From Candidatus Baldrarchaeota archaeon (lineage in GTDB: Archaea; Asgardarchaeota; Baldrarchaeia; Baldrarchaeales; DXJG01): 64,000 nt of DNA. Shown one piece after another: positions 9,262-19,850 of this stretch. A model generated the notes under the pieces. The model searched no databases and had not been told where the DNA came from. It saw only the letters and a list, made by a program, of their open reading frames with translations. A program made the position numbers and the translations under genes. The DNA lies in assembly GCA_016840485.1 (NCBI GenBank), contig JAEOSG010000001.1, positions 11,178-75,177 of the forward strand, given 5' to 3'. Positions within the stretch are counted from its first letter, which is position 1. Every line of letters begins with the position of its first letter.

Positions 9262-10632
9262 TTATCCTCCAGTTTCCTCAGATTGATCCTCTAAAGTTCT
9301 AATAGCAACGTTTTCTTGTTTCTCAGCTTTTTTAATTTGCTCTTTCAAAAGTTTAACTTTTTCCTCGAATCCCTTATCAGCAAGTAGTTGCGATATCTCG
9401 TTAAGAACAAAGTCTACAGTCCTAAGGTTGATTTTTACTTCATCTAGTTTTTCTTTACGTAAGAGATCCTCGCTTTTGTTTACAACGTTTTTTACGTCAT
9501 CTATTAACCGGAGAAATACGTATTCAAGAACTTCGGGGAAATTTCTAATTTTCCCCTTTAAATCTAACATTCGCTTGATGATATCTCTAATTTCTTCTTT
9601 TAATTTTTCGCTTTCCCGAACTAGGTGTAATGTAATTTTCATGGGACCTATGGTAGTTGAGTACGCTGTTCCAACCATGTCAAAATATTCTAGATCCGCA
9701 CTAATACTGTATTCTTCCTTCTCCGCATCCTTACTTGGCACATTTAAGGTTATTTTTATTTCCACTTCTCCATTGGCAGGAAGCGTGTCAATAATGGTTT
9801 CTCGTTTTCCTTTAACAATTTTTATTTCTTCTGGCACGTTGAAAACGATTTTTACGTTTTTAGCTTCACCTTCACCGACATTTTTCAATTTTAGAGTGAC
9901 ATCAAACGGCGTATTAAAAGTTAAATCGAGTGGAACACGAAGAGCAGGAGTGATCTTTGGAAGTCGAATTTCTTTCTTAACCCTACTGACAATGGTTTGC
10001 ATCGCTTCATCGATTATTTTTACAAACATGTTACCTTTAATAAGTGGAAGCATAGGTTTTAAAACAGAATTTACTAGTCCTTCAACTTCTGAATATGTTG
10101 AAGCATCAGAATCAACAACAACTTTTTGAATTAAGGACGCAACATTCAATATTCTATTAGCTTCAAAATCCTCAGCGGAAATTTTCTCCTTAAAACTTTT
10201 AATAATCCTCTTTGCATCGTCAATCTTACTGGCAGCAAAATATATCAAACTTGAAATAGCAACGCAAGTAGCAGCACCTCTAACTTCTTTCCACATTAAG
10301 TATTCGTTGGCGGCATTTGCAAGGTCGGAAGCTATATTTAAAACTAGTGGATCTCTTTTTTCCGTCATTTTTAACTTTTCATATATTTCCAGGGCCATAA
10401 GAGAGTTTTCTGCTGCTTTTCTGAAGGATTTAACACGTCTGGCTTCATTAGCAGCAATGACAAAATTATCAACAGCAAGTTTAAGGTAACGTTCTGCCTC
10501 TTTTGTTTTTCCATTCTTTTCGAATATTTTGGCAACTTCAAGATATTTATGTGCTGCTTTCGAATAATTCTGTTTACTCAGATATTCTTCAGCCTCTTCT
10601 AACAATTTGTGTACAGAAGCTTCCAATTTCAT
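9262..10632 (-). CDS. TPR/SNAP-like helical repeat + CARDB-like beta-sandwich + coiled-coil protein, cytoplasmic
   Basis: N-terminal helical repeats (YSKAAHKYLEVAKIFEKNGKTKEAERYLKLAV). Mid beta domain is DVTLKLKNVGEGEAKNVKIVFNVPEEI...NGEVEIKITLNVP. Charged helical C-terminus and no signal peptide. Confidence 0.5.
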   Translation of the reverse strand: MKLEASVHKLLEEAEEYLSKQNYSKAAHKYLEVAKIFEKNGKTKEAERYLKLAVDNFVIAANEARRVKSFRKAAENSLMALEIYEKLKMTEKRDPLVLNIASDLANAANEYLMWKEVRGAATCVAISSLIYFAASKIDDAKRIIKSFKEKISAEDFEANRILNVASLIQKVVVDSDASTYSEVEGLVNSVLKPMLPLIKGNMFVKIIDEAMQTIVSRVKKEIRLPKITPALRVPLDLTFNTPFDVTLKLKNVGEGEAKNVKIVFNVPEEIKIVKGKRETIIDTLPANGEVEIKITLNVPSKDAEKEEYSISADLEYFDMVGTAYSTTIGPMKITLHLVRESEKLKEEIRDIIKRMLDLKGKIRNFPEVLEYVFLRLIDDVKNVVNKSEDLLRKEKLDEVKINLRTVDFVLNEISQLLADKGFEEKVKLLKEQIKKAEKQENVAIRTLEDQSEETGG

Positions 10633-10742
10633 ATTCCCCCGTTATAACTAAAATTTGTAAAAACAAATATTAAAACTCTTTCCACTTCTAGTTCAACATA
10701 AACTGTCAAAATTACGGTAAATTTCTAGGAAGTGATTTCGTA

Positions 10743-11588
10743 ATGAAAAGAAAGCAGAAGAAAGATAAAATTCATAAACTGACATTTCAAGAGATGTTAG
10801 TCGAAAAACTCAAAGAACAAGTGTCTAAAAGTGAAAAATGCAAAAAAGCCTTGGAAGTCCTATTAAACGATAGAGAAATAAACTATCTACTTGAGGCAGT
10901 AAACATAGCAGCTGTAGGAAGACTAAGATACAACGATCATGGAAAAACCCACAGCATAATTACTAGTCTGAACGCTTTGAAAATCTTAGATCTATTCTAC
11001 GAAGCTGGCATTGAACCAAATACAATAAAAGAAAAAACTGGCGACATAGACGATGCAAGACTAACAGTACTATTAGCAGCATATCTACACGATGTAGGAC
11101 ATATAGTTCATAGAGAACATCACTACGAGTTTTCTCTATGGATAGCAAAACCAATAGTAGAAAGAATCCTAGAAGAAATATATGGAGAAGATGTTGAAAA
11201 ACGAATCCACGTTTTAGCAAACGTGTTACATGCAATTTACGCGCATGATAAAGATGTAACAGCACTAACAGTTGAAGCAGGAATAATAGGAGTGGCAGAT
11301 GCGACAGACATGGCAAAAGGAAGAGCAAGAATACCCTTTGCGCTTGGAGAAGTTAGCATACACAGCATATCAGCACTTGCCATAGACTATGTGGAAATAA
11401 AAAGAGGAAAAGAAAAACCAGTGCGAATAGAAGTTCATATGAACAATAGCAGTGGTATATTCCAAATACAAGAACTATTACAGAGAAAACTCCGGTCATC
11501 AAATCTAGATCAATACATCGAAGTAGTGGCAAAAATAAAACCAGAAGAAAGAAGAATATTGAGAGAAGCGGAAATAAGAATTATTTGA
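10743..11588 (+). CDS. HD-domain metal-dependent phosphohydrolase
   Basis: H...HD signature: GKTHSI ... AAYLHDVGHIVHREHH. Confidence 0.65.
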   Translation: MKRKQKKDKIHKLTFQEMLVEKLKEQVSKSEKCKKALEVLLNDREINYLLEAVNIAAVGRLRYNDHGKTHSIITSLNALKILDLFYEAGIEPNTIKEKTGDIDDARLTVLLAAYLHDVGHIVHREHHYEFSLWIAKPIVERILEEIYGEDVEKRIHVLANVLHAIYAHDKDVTALTVEAGIIGVADATDMAKGRARIPFALGEVSIHSISALAIDYVEIKRGKEKPVRIEVHMNNSSGIFQIQELLQRKLRSSNLDQYIEVVAKIKPEERRILREAEIRII

Positions 11589-11742
11589 TATTATTAAGTA
11601 GTCAGGAAAGCCAGAGCTCATCATAAGAAGTACAGTCGGTAGTCCTTTCATCATCCAACTTACAACTCTCACAAACAGCTTATTAACTTAACTCGCAAAA
11701 CCTTAAAATTAAAATGATCGTAAGAAGGAGAATGGGTTCAAA

Positions 11743-12450
11743 ATGAGTAAAGATTTTACAAATCAGTTGTTAGAATTAGCACATTCACTCGGCGCAACTT
11801 TAGTTGGTATTGCAGATTTAAAACTTTTAAGTACGCTTAAAACATATCCCTCAAATTTGATGGAAAATTTTAAGTACGCCATTTCAATAGCGGTTCCGCT
11901 ACCTAAAAAAGTTTTTGAGTTAATAACGGAGGAAAACCCGGGAGAATTGTATGCACATGCCTATAGAACTGCAAATATGCTGCTTGATCAAATAACTTTC
12001 CGTCTTGCTGAAAAAATAACTGAATACGGATATAACGCCCAGCCAATACCCGCGTCCATGGTTATCGACGAGAAATCCGCAATGGGACATGTATCACATA
12101 AGGCATTTGCAAGAGCTGCAGGTCTAGGCTGGATAGGTAAAAACATACTTTTAATAACGCCTGAATACGGTCCTCGAGTGCGTCTCGCAACAGTACTAAC
12201 AGATATACCTTTAAGACCTGGAAAACCCCTTGAAAACAGATGCGGAAAATGTACCAAGTGTATAGATGCATGCCCTGTAAGAGCGCTTAAACCATCAAAC
12301 TTTAAGGATTATCCTGTAGATCGAAATGAAGTATTTGACGTTGAAAAATGTTATAGTAGACTGAAAGAACTCAGTAAACTACCAAATATTGGAGAACAGA
12401 TCTGCGGCATATGCATTAAAGTTTGCCCCGTGGGTAATAAAATAGCATAA
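11743..12450 (+). CDS. QueG/reductive-dehalogenase-related Fe-S protein (COG1600-like)
   Basis: N-terminus is LGATLVGIADL. Two ferredoxin-type clusters are CGKCTKCIDACP and CGICIKVCP. Confidence 0.5.
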   Translation: MSKDFTNQLLELAHSLGATLVGIADLKLLSTLKTYPSNLMENFKYAISIAVPLPKKVFELITEENPGELYAHAYRTANMLLDQITFRLAEKITEYGYNAQPIPASMVIDEKSAMGHVSHKAFARAAGLGWIGKNILLITPEYGPRVRLATVLTDIPLRPGKPLENRCGKCTKCIDACPVRALKPSNFKDYPVDRNEVFDVEKCYSRLKELSKLPNIGEQICGICIKVCPVGNKIA

Positions 12451-12472
12451 ATCCAACTTGTAAAGGTAGATT

Positions 12473-13648
12473 CTATGTTTTCTTCATGTCTTCTTTTTGT
12501 GCTTCAGGAATCACCCATTCTAAAGCATATTCCCTACTTCCCAAACCAAGTTTCTCTGCAACTTCCAACTGTAAAGCAGCAGAATTATGACCAAAAATCT
12601 TAGAAAACTTGTCAACTCCCGGTTTCATGGCGTCTTTCTCTTCAGCAGCACTTCCAGGAATACCTGGAGCTTGATTTACAAGATCGTATGAAGCTTTATC
12701 TACAGCAACCGGATCAAAAGAAGCCAAAATTCCCTGATCAGGCACTATAATCTGATCACTAAAAGGAGCACAGTCACAGTACGGTGTAACATCAATTACA
12801 AAGTTAATATAAGCAAAATTATCCTTACCGAGATAACTTATAACTCCGAAAGCATTATCAACAAATCTAATGGTACCTTCTTCACTACTTGTCCACTTAG
12901 GCCTAAGAACCCTAGGTTCACATATGAGTCTAGAATAACAAAAACCACAGAAAATACACTTCTCAAAATCTATAACAGGCTTACCATTAACCATCGTAAC
13001 CGCCTTTACTGGGCAAACCTCTGCGCATCGAGCACAACCAGTACACTTAACATCCTCACTTTCTTCAAGCCTTATTTCGCCATCTATATGAACCAAACCC
13101 TTACTAGGCTTAGCAACAAGTCCAACACCTAAGTTTTTCAACGCGCCGCCGAAACCAGCCATGTCATGCCCCTTAAAATGGCTGGCAACGATCATAAAAT
13201 CTATTCCCCTGAGACCATTAGGTAAATACACTTTTGACAACCTATTACCTTTAATTTCAAATGTAAAAAAGTCAAGACCCCACTGTCCATCCAAAATAAG
13301 AATATTAGCACCCAAAGACTGAGGAGTAAATCCGTTTCTCGCAGCAACATCCAAATATCCTGTGGCAGTAGCTCTTACACCCCAAACACCGCCGCCATAA
13401 CCGTGTCCACAAGTTTCAACAACAACAGGCTTACCACCAAGTTCCTTAACTTTATCGACAATTGCCCTAATGTACATCGGTCTAAGATGCCTAGTAGTTC
13501 CTAGACTTCCAAAATGCGTCTTTATTCCAACAACATCTCCTCTACCAATCTTCTTCTCCAACTCCAACTTATTCATTAAAAGTTCCAGTTTATCAAGTAA
13601 ATTGTAGCCAAAACCACTTCTAATATCAGCAAAAAATACTCTTGACAT
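12473..13648 (-). CDS. DUF362-family protein with inserted 2x[4Fe-4S] ferredoxin domain
   Basis: VVGIKTHFGS...RPMYIRAIVDKVKELGGKPVVVET is the DUF362 pattern. Clusters are CTGCARCAEVCP and CIFCGFC. The start is taken at MSRVFFAD, and the longer track ORF is probably an extension. Confidence 0.6.
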   Translation of the reverse strand: MSRVFFADIRSGFGYNLLDKLELLMNKLELEKKIGRGDVVGIKTHFGSLGTTRHLRPMYIRAIVDKVKELGGKPVVVETCGHGYGGGVWGVRATATGYLDVAARNGFTPQSLGANILILDGQWGLDFFTFEIKGNRLSKVYLPNGLRGIDFMIVASHFKGHDMAGFGGALKNLGVGLVAKPSKGLVHIDGEIRLEESEDVKCTGCARCAEVCPVKAVTMVNGKPVIDFEKCIFCGFCYSRLICEPRVLRPKWTSSEEGTIRFVDNAFGVISYLGKDNFAYINFVIDVTPYCDCAPFSDQIIVPDQGILASFDPVAVDKASYDLVNQAPGIPGSAAEEKDAMKPGVDKFSKIFGHNSAALQLEVAEKLGLGSREYALEWVIPEAQKEDMKKT

Positions 13649-13774
13649 GACAAACTCCCCAATACTCCATATATAACTACAAATGATCTTTCGCAACTTG
13701 CATGTGCACATTAAGTAACAGACTTGTTTCTATAAACCTTATGATTTACGTAATTAACAGATCCGATACACGGT

Positions 13775-15400
13775 TTAAATTAACCCTGCTTCCCTGGCAA
13801 ACTCTCCGTAACCCATTTTCATAAGCTCCTTGGTACTCCTATGAAGAATAACATCAATATACTCTTCGTCCGTTGGCTCGTTGAAAAAGTTTCCAAATAA
13901 CTCTGCATATTCACTTCTCTCTTTGCATTCAACAAGTTTTTCAGCTGCAGGTTCAGAAATAATTATGGTCACATCTGGATTATCTGCAACTCCTTTAGAA
14001 ATTTTAATCTTGGGCCTTTCTCCACTTTCAAGTACAGTCACATAAAATTTCAACTTGGGTTCTTGAGTTTTCCAATCAACAATCTCGTAATTAAACTTAC
14101 AACCCACTCTTAATCCCTTAAATATTTCAACATGCTCATTCAAATAGTCCATAAGTTTCATACCAGGGGTTACTTCCACCACTTCTACAACTTTAGGCGC
14201 AACTTCCACAACTTCGCCAACATAAGTTTCAGCTAGCAGCTCTGCCACATCTAAAATCCTTATTCCATTATTAGCTGCTTGTTTTAAATTCAATTTACAG
14301 AATGGGCAGGCAGACAAAAGTATCTTTGCACCAGTCTCTAAAGCTTCACTTATCCTGTCCTTAGCCACTTTTAATGCGAGATCTGGAAAAGTACTTTTAA
14401 CACCACCCCCAGCACCGCAACAGTGGGCAAAATTCTTTATAGTTTCCATTTCAACAAGCGTTAGACCATTAACCAAACGTATAATATTTCTAGGTGCTTC
14501 ATACACATTTAGATGTCTACCTAAGTGACATGGATCATGATAGGTAACCACTTCACTTTTCCTTGCTTCAAATGCAACGTTTTTATCCTTTAGGTAGTTG
14601 TCCAAGAATTCAACTAAATGAAGGGTCTCAAACCCTAATTCTCTACCAAGAATTTCAGGATAATCTTTCTTAAAGGTTCTATAACAACCAGGACAGGTGA
14701 AGATAACGGTCTTTACACCCATTTCATTAAACCTCTTAACAAGCCTCTCGGCTTGACTTCTAGCTTCATCAACGTAACCATATCTCAACAATATTGATCC
14801 GCAACACGTCTCATCTCTTAGCACTGTAAATTCTACTCCAAGCTGCTTCAATAACTTCACAGCAGCTAAAGCTATTTCCTTGGTTCTATAGGATGAAGTA
14901 CACCCAATAAAATATGCAATTTCAGCTTTTTCAGGTATATTTGAAAGTTCATTTCCAAGAAAGCTCAATCTTTCTTCTTTAGGTTCTCCATAAGGGTTGT
15001 CTAACTTCTTAATGTTTTCTAAAATTGAAAGATGTTTTTCTATTCTAAATCCCTGGGAAACTAGGTCACGTCTTAAAGCTTCCATTATAGATGGTGTATC
15101 AATTCCGCCTTCAACCGCTAAACATGTTTCTCTACAGGCTCCACATGTAGTACATGTATAAGCCCACTCCAAAATCTCATCATTTACCTCTAATTTACCA
15201 TTCAAAAGATTTTTGATAATAATTATTCTGCCACGAGCATCATATGCCTCATAGCCAAGTACATTCTTAACCGCACAAGGATGTGAAAGTGGAGACTTAG
15301 AAGTGGCAATTTTAACCGCTAAGCTACAGTCACCACATTTTCCACAAAGATACAGAAATTCCTCAAACTTCTTAACATTGGAAAACTCTACCTTCGCCAT
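13775..15400 (-). CDS. GlcF/HdrD-like Fe-S oxidoreductase subunit (2x[4Fe-4S] + two CCG domains) with ~130-aa C-terminal extension
   Basis: CGKCGDC and CTTCGACRETC clusters. CCG motifs are ETCCGS and HCCGAGGG with CPFC/CPGC. The C-terminal tail (from MKLMDYLNEH) is unassigned. Confidence 0.7.
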   Translation of the reverse strand: MAKVEFSNVKKFEEFLYLCGKCGDCSLAVKIATSKSPLSHPCAVKNVLGYEAYDARGRIIIIKNLLNGKLEVNDEILEWAYTCTTCGACRETCLAVEGGIDTPSIMEALRRDLVSQGFRIEKHLSILENIKKLDNPYGEPKEERLSFLGNELSNIPEKAEIAYFIGCTSSYRTKEIALAAVKLLKQLGVEFTVLRDETCCGSILLRYGYVDEARSQAERLVKRFNEMGVKTVIFTCPGCYRTFKKDYPEILGRELGFETLHLVEFLDNYLKDKNVAFEARKSEVVTYHDPCHLGRHLNVYEAPRNIIRLVNGLTLVEMETIKNFAHCCGAGGGVKSTFPDLALKVAKDRISEALETGAKILLSACPFCKLNLKQAANNGIRILDVAELLAETYVGEVVEVAPKVVEVVEVTPGMKLMDYLNEHVEIFKGLRVGCKFNYEIVDWKTQEPKLKFYVTVLESGERPKIKISKGVADNPDVTIIISEPAAEKLVECKERSEYAELFGNFFNEPTDEEYIDVILHRSTKELMKMGYGEFAREAGLI

Positions 15401-15411
15401 TTTACATCCCT

Positions 15412-16833
15412 CTATAACCCAAATACTAATGGATGAAGAATATTGTTCGGATCCAACGTTCTCTTTATCCTCTTCAAAAGATCAAAGAACCCGTAATGAA
15501 CGCGGGGCAAAACATATTCTTCCCAGAGGAGACCGGCCCAATACGGTACACCACCAGTTTCAATAATCACCTTACGAAGATCAGACCACGTTTTCTCCAA
15601 AATATGTTTTTTCTCCGGGTTCTTTAGAAAGAGTGTTATCCAACCAGTGCAATGACACCTATCAATACCGAGGGCACTTGCAACCCAAGTTATCTCCGGA
15701 TCCTTGTCGACTCCATATTTCCTGAAAATTTCATGGGCCTTCCTAACTAGTTCAGGAAACATTGCAATAGGCCTTAAATGACATGTATTGTACCAGTATC
15801 CCTCTTCAAACAATGGTTGGACTACGTTAAACATTTCACCCCAATGAAGCCTGGAGAAGAAAGTTCCAATAAAGAATCCACCGCATTCCCGAACAATTCT
15901 CTCTACAAGTTTCTTTTTAGCCTCAGCAATTTCCTCACTAGCCTCTTCTATAATAACAGCAAGAACAGACTCAACCTCTGGATATTTCTCTGCCAATTGG
16001 GGGGCATAGCTCGAAACAGTGTGCCTATCAGCCATTAAAACAAGTTCCTCAGCAAGCTTCCTCTTTTGAATCTCGTACATAGCCTTAGAAGCTGCCTCAA
16101 CACTATTAAAACCAAAGTCGCCGAAAACTCTACCTTCGGGAAGTGGATAAATCTTAAGAGTTGCCTCAGTTTTTACGCCTAAAATCCCGTGATCACCTAT
16201 GAAAAGACCTGTAAGATCATTAAATGTGGCGTATCTAGCAAATTTTTTAGCTAAAGGATTCCATCCACTTCCAGTCCTCAAAATTTCACCAGTTGGCAAA
16301 ACAACTTCCAAACTGACTACACTATCACCGCTACTACCCCATTTAGCACTACCACAACCCACACTATTAGAAGATAGAGATCCACCAACTGTACCAGCGT
16401 TTCCTCCAAAGGGCCCTCTAAACCCTACTTTATAACCCAATTTACTCAATTTATAAATTAGCTCAGCCCATCTTAAACCAGCTTGGACAGTAACAGTTTG
16501 AGAATCTTCATCAACTTCAACAATGTTATCCATCCGTGTGAGATCTAAAACAATAGCATTAGGCACACGAGGTAAACAGGCGCCACAAATACCGCTTCGG
16601 CCACCGGCAGGAACCACAGGTACCAAATATTCATTAGCCAACCTCAATATTTGGGAAACCTCTAAAGTCTCCGCTGGGCGAACAATTAAACCGGGTATCC
16701 TGGCATGAAAAGGCGAAGCATCCTCACTATAACTTAACCTTATTATTTTACTTAAACTAACATTTTCAGATCCGACAATACTTTCTATTTCCTCAACAAT
16801 AGGTTCTATTGTGCCTTCACTCATTTTAAACAC
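15412..16833 (-). CDS. FAD-linked oxidase (GlcD / D-lactate dehydrogenase family)
   Basis: PCMH-type FAD-binding N-terminal domain (VVPAGGRSGICGA, GGNAGTVGG). Adjacent to the GlcF-like subunit. Confidence 0.75.
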   Translation of the reverse strand: MFKMSEGTIEPIVEEIESIVGSENVSLSKIIRLSYSEDASPFHARIPGLIVRPAETLEVSQILRLANEYLVPVVPAGGRSGICGACLPRVPNAIVLDLTRMDNIVEVDEDSQTVTVQAGLRWAELIYKLSKLGYKVGFRGPFGGNAGTVGGSLSSNSVGCGSAKWGSSGDSVVSLEVVLPTGEILRTGSGWNPLAKKFARYATFNDLTGLFIGDHGILGVKTEATLKIYPLPEGRVFGDFGFNSVEAASKAMYEIQKRKLAEELVLMADRHTVSSYAPQLAEKYPEVESVLAVIIEEASEEIAEAKKKLVERIVRECGGFFIGTFFSRLHWGEMFNVVQPLFEEGYWYNTCHLRPIAMFPELVRKAHEIFRKYGVDKDPEITWVASALGIDRCHCTGWITLFLKNPEKKHILEKTWSDLRKVIIETGGVPYWAGLLWEEYVLPRVHYGFFDLLKRIKRTLDPNNILHPLVFGL

Positions 16834-16837
16834 CCAT

Positions 16838-18280
16838 TTAAGCTATGTGAACATATTTTTTGTTAGTAAGATGTAAAACCATATATTCAGCTCCACCTAT
16901 TCCTGAATCTTTAATTCCGCCAAACATCATACTTACATCAAAATACTGTGGATCCTCATTAATTATTACAGAACTAACCTCTAATCGCTTAGCTACCTCC
17001 ATGGCAACATTCATATCACCAGAGTAAACACCTGCCCTTAACCCATACTTACAATCATTAGCAAGTCTAATAGCTTCCTCGACGGTTGAAAACTCAACAA
17101 TACTCCTTACAGGTCCAAAAGCCTCCTCACGCCACAAAAAAGGCTTCTCTTCTTCCTTTTTGCCCAAAATAAGACTCTTATCAAATTTTATAAGGGTTGG
17201 GGTAAAGAAGGGGTCTTCTCTTTTACCTTCAATTATTTTTTCTCCTCCACGTTTTTCAGCGTCCTTAACCATAAAATCAATTATATTGAGCGCGGTTGGA
17301 GAACCAATCGGACCTATATCAGTTTTATCATCAAGAGGGTTACCAACTACCAATTTACTAACTTCGTCTTTAAGAACCTCAATAAATTCTTTCGAAACAT
17401 CTTCGTGAACAATAATCCTCTTAAACGAAATACACTGCTGTCCAGCGTTAGTAAATGCGCCTCTAACAATCTTTTTTGCAGCATCCTCGACATCTACATC
17501 AGACATAACAATTCCCGCATCGTTACCAGCCATCTCTAAAACAATTTTCTTCAACTTCCCTTGAATGAAGGTAGCACCGTAGAAGCTAGTCTTTGTGGAT
17601 TCTAAATACTTACCAAACTGTATAAGCAAATCTTTACCGGTAGTGGTACTACCGTACAGAACAACAGCATCAATAAGAGGATTTGAAATAAATTCTTTCG
17701 CAGCTGTTATTCCATCTAAAATACCGATCTCAACTGGTATAGAATCATCCACTTCCTTGACGAGTTCTCTAAGTTTAAGAGCAACCAAGGGAGTTTTTGT
17801 TGAAGGTTTAAGAATCACGCTGTTTCCAGATATTAAGGATGTGCCCATCACATAGCTTGTAAGAAAAAGAGGGGCATTTCTAGGAGTTATACCTCCAACA
17901 ACACCCACAGGTTCATAAATAACTTTACCTCTACCCTTAAAACTCTCAACATCTTTTTCACGAATTAAATCAGCATAGTAATCAATAACCAACATAGCTT
18001 GCGTAACTGTTCTTAACACAATTCTCCCATACTTTAATGGAATACCACCTTCCCTAGCTAAAATTTCCAAAACTTCTCTACTTTTTCTCCGTATTAATCT
18101 CCCGAGAGTTCTAAAAAATTCTATACGCTCTTCAAAACTTTTATCTGAAATATTTTTTTGTTCATCTCGTGCTTTTCTAATTTTCTTCCGTAAATCCTCT
18201 ATAGAATCAATATCTAGTTCAGCAATAACCTCGCCGGTATATTTATCAGTAACTTTCAACTTTCTCTTTTTAAACGTCAA
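16838..18280 (-). CDS. NAD(P)-dependent aldehyde dehydrogenase
   Basis: Catalytic region LEMAGND ... NAGQQCISFKR (E and C nucleophile context). Cofactor motif is GSTTTGK. Confidence 0.85.
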   Translation of the reverse strand: MTFKKRKLKVTDKYTGEVIAELDIDSIEDLRKKIRKARDEQKNISDKSFEERIEFFRTLGRLIRRKSREVLEILAREGGIPLKYGRIVLRTVTQAMLVIDYYADLIREKDVESFKGRGKVIYEPVGVVGGITPRNAPLFLTSYVMGTSLISGNSVILKPSTKTPLVALKLRELVKEVDDSIPVEIGILDGITAAKEFISNPLIDAVVLYGSTTTGKDLLIQFGKYLESTKTSFYGATFIQGKLKKIVLEMAGNDAGIVMSDVDVEDAAKKIVRGAFTNAGQQCISFKRIIVHEDVSKEFIEVLKDEVSKLVVGNPLDDKTDIGPIGSPTALNIIDFMVKDAEKRGGEKIIEGKREDPFFTPTLIKFDKSLILGKKEEEKPFLWREEAFGPVRSIVEFSTVEEAIRLANDCKYGLRAGVYSGDMNVAMEVAKRLEVSSVIINEDPQYFDVSMMFGGIKDSGIGGAEYMVLHLTNKKYVHIA

Positions 18281-18704
18281 ACTTACCCCTCACATGGACT
18301 ACTTTCTGCTGTCTCTGCTGATTCAACTAGGATTTAAACACACATCTTATATATTTTAGCATTTAAATTTTGCACTTACATTTCACTTAAAGACGAACAG
18401 TAATATCTGGTTCAGATTGATCACATATAAATGTCTCTTACGCTAAAATTTTCGATTAAAACCAATTCAACAATGTTAGGCATTCCCAAGTAAATATTAA
18501 AACTTTTTGTTTGAAAACAGTTTAGTGTGATTTTTTCTAACAACTACCAGAATTTATATGAAGTTTTATAAACGACATATTATTCTTAGCACTAATTCAA
18601 TACGATTTGTTTTAGAAACTTTATTTTTCTAAAGGTTTTTTTGCCTTTATTTTTCAATAAATTTAATTTGCAGAAAGCTTATATGAATATGGGAAGGGTT
18701 AAAG

Positions 18705-19850
18705 GTGACTAATCGAAAAGGAAAGATCGATTTTCTTCAAGGAAATGATGCAATCGTAGAAGGAGCAATATTAGCTGGATGTAGATTTTTTGCCGGTTAC
18801 CCTATAACTCCCTCATCGGAAATAATGGAGAGTATGGCTGCAAGGCTACCACTAATAGGCGGAGTATTCGTACAGATGGAAGACGAGCTAGGCAGCATTG
18901 CAGCTGCAATTGGAGCTTCTCTCACAGGAGTAAAAGCAATGACTGCAACATCTGGACCGGGATTTAGCCTAATGCAAGAAAACATTGGACTAGCGATAAT
19001 GTGCGAAGTACCAGTTGTAATAGTTAATGTAATGAGAGGAGGCCCTTCCACAGGACTACCTACAAAGGCATCACAAGCAGATATCATGCAAGCAAGATGG
19101 GGGCATCATGGAGATGGAGAAATAATAGCTTTAGCACCGTGGTCTGTCCAAGAATGCTTAGATCTGACAATAAAAGCATTTAACCTCGCCGAAGAATACC
19201 GAACACCAGTAATTGTATTAAGTGACGCCGTACTTGCACATTTAAGAGAGGTTGTTATAGTACCTGATCCGGAAGAAATTGTAATAGTTGAAAGAAAACA
19301 CCCAGAAGTACCGCCAGAAGAATTCCTACCATTTAAAGCCGATGAAAGCCTAGTTCCACCAATGGCCACTCTAGGCAAAGGATACAAAGTACATTACACG
19401 GGTTTAAGTCACGACGAACGTGGGTACCCAACAGATGATCCAGAAAACTACAAAAAACTAATTGAAAGAATAACCGCTAAAATCAGAAATAATGCGGAAA
19501 AAATAACGTCTTGGGATATGAAATATATAGAAGACGCTGAGATGATACTTATTTCTTATGGAAGCTCCGCAAGGGCAGTCCTACAAGCATGTATTAACGC
19601 TAGAAAACGGGGGTACAAAGTGGGGTTTTTAAGATTAATTACAATATGGCCATTTCCAGAGAAATTAATCAAAAAAATTTCAGAGAACGTCAGTAAGATA
19701 CTTGTTTTAGAGCAAAATATGGGACAGGTACTACACTTAGTTAAGGAAGCTGTTGGAAATAGAGCAGAAATCTACTTTTATTCAAAATTAGGCGGAGAAC
19801 CTTTCGCTCCTAGCGAGATTCTTGAACAAATAGGGAGGATATTAAAATGA
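18705..19850 (+). CDS. korA: 2-oxoacid:ferredoxin oxidoreductase, alpha subunit
   Basis: GNDAIVEGAILAGCRFFAGYPITPSSEI is typical of the OFOR alpha N-terminus. ATGA overlap with the beta subunit. Confidence 0.85.
   Translation: MTNRKGKIDFLQGNDAIVEGAILAGCRFFAGYPITPSSEIMESMAARLPLIGGVFVQMEDELGSIAAAIGASLTGVKAMTATSGPGFSLMQENIGLAIMCEVPVVIVNVMRGGPSTGLPTKASQADIMQARWGHHGDGEIIALAPWSVQECLDLTIKAFNLAEEYRTPVIVLSDAVLAHLREVVIVPDPEEIVIVERKHPEVPPEEFLPFKADESLVPPMATLGKGYKVHYTGLSHDERGYPTDDPENYKKLIERITAKIRNNAEKITSWDMKYIEDAEMILISYGSSARAVLQACINARKRGYKVGFLRLITIWPFPEKLIKKISENVSKILVLEQNMGQVLHLVKEAVGNRAEIYFYSKLGGEPFAPSEILEQIGRILK

Noticed and set aside
9428-10129. 233-aa plus-strand ORF inside the 456-aa TPR/beta-sandwich gene
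   Set aside because: It is the antisense shadow of a Lys/Glu-rich gene. The product is low-complexity and Ser/Phe/Thr-rich with no motif, whereas the minus-strand gene has coherent domain structure and operon context.
10963-11328. 121-aa Leu-rich minus-strand ORF inside the HD-domain gene
   Set aside because: This antisense ORF has extreme Leu/His/Phe composition typical of reverse-strand reading of an AT-rich coding region.
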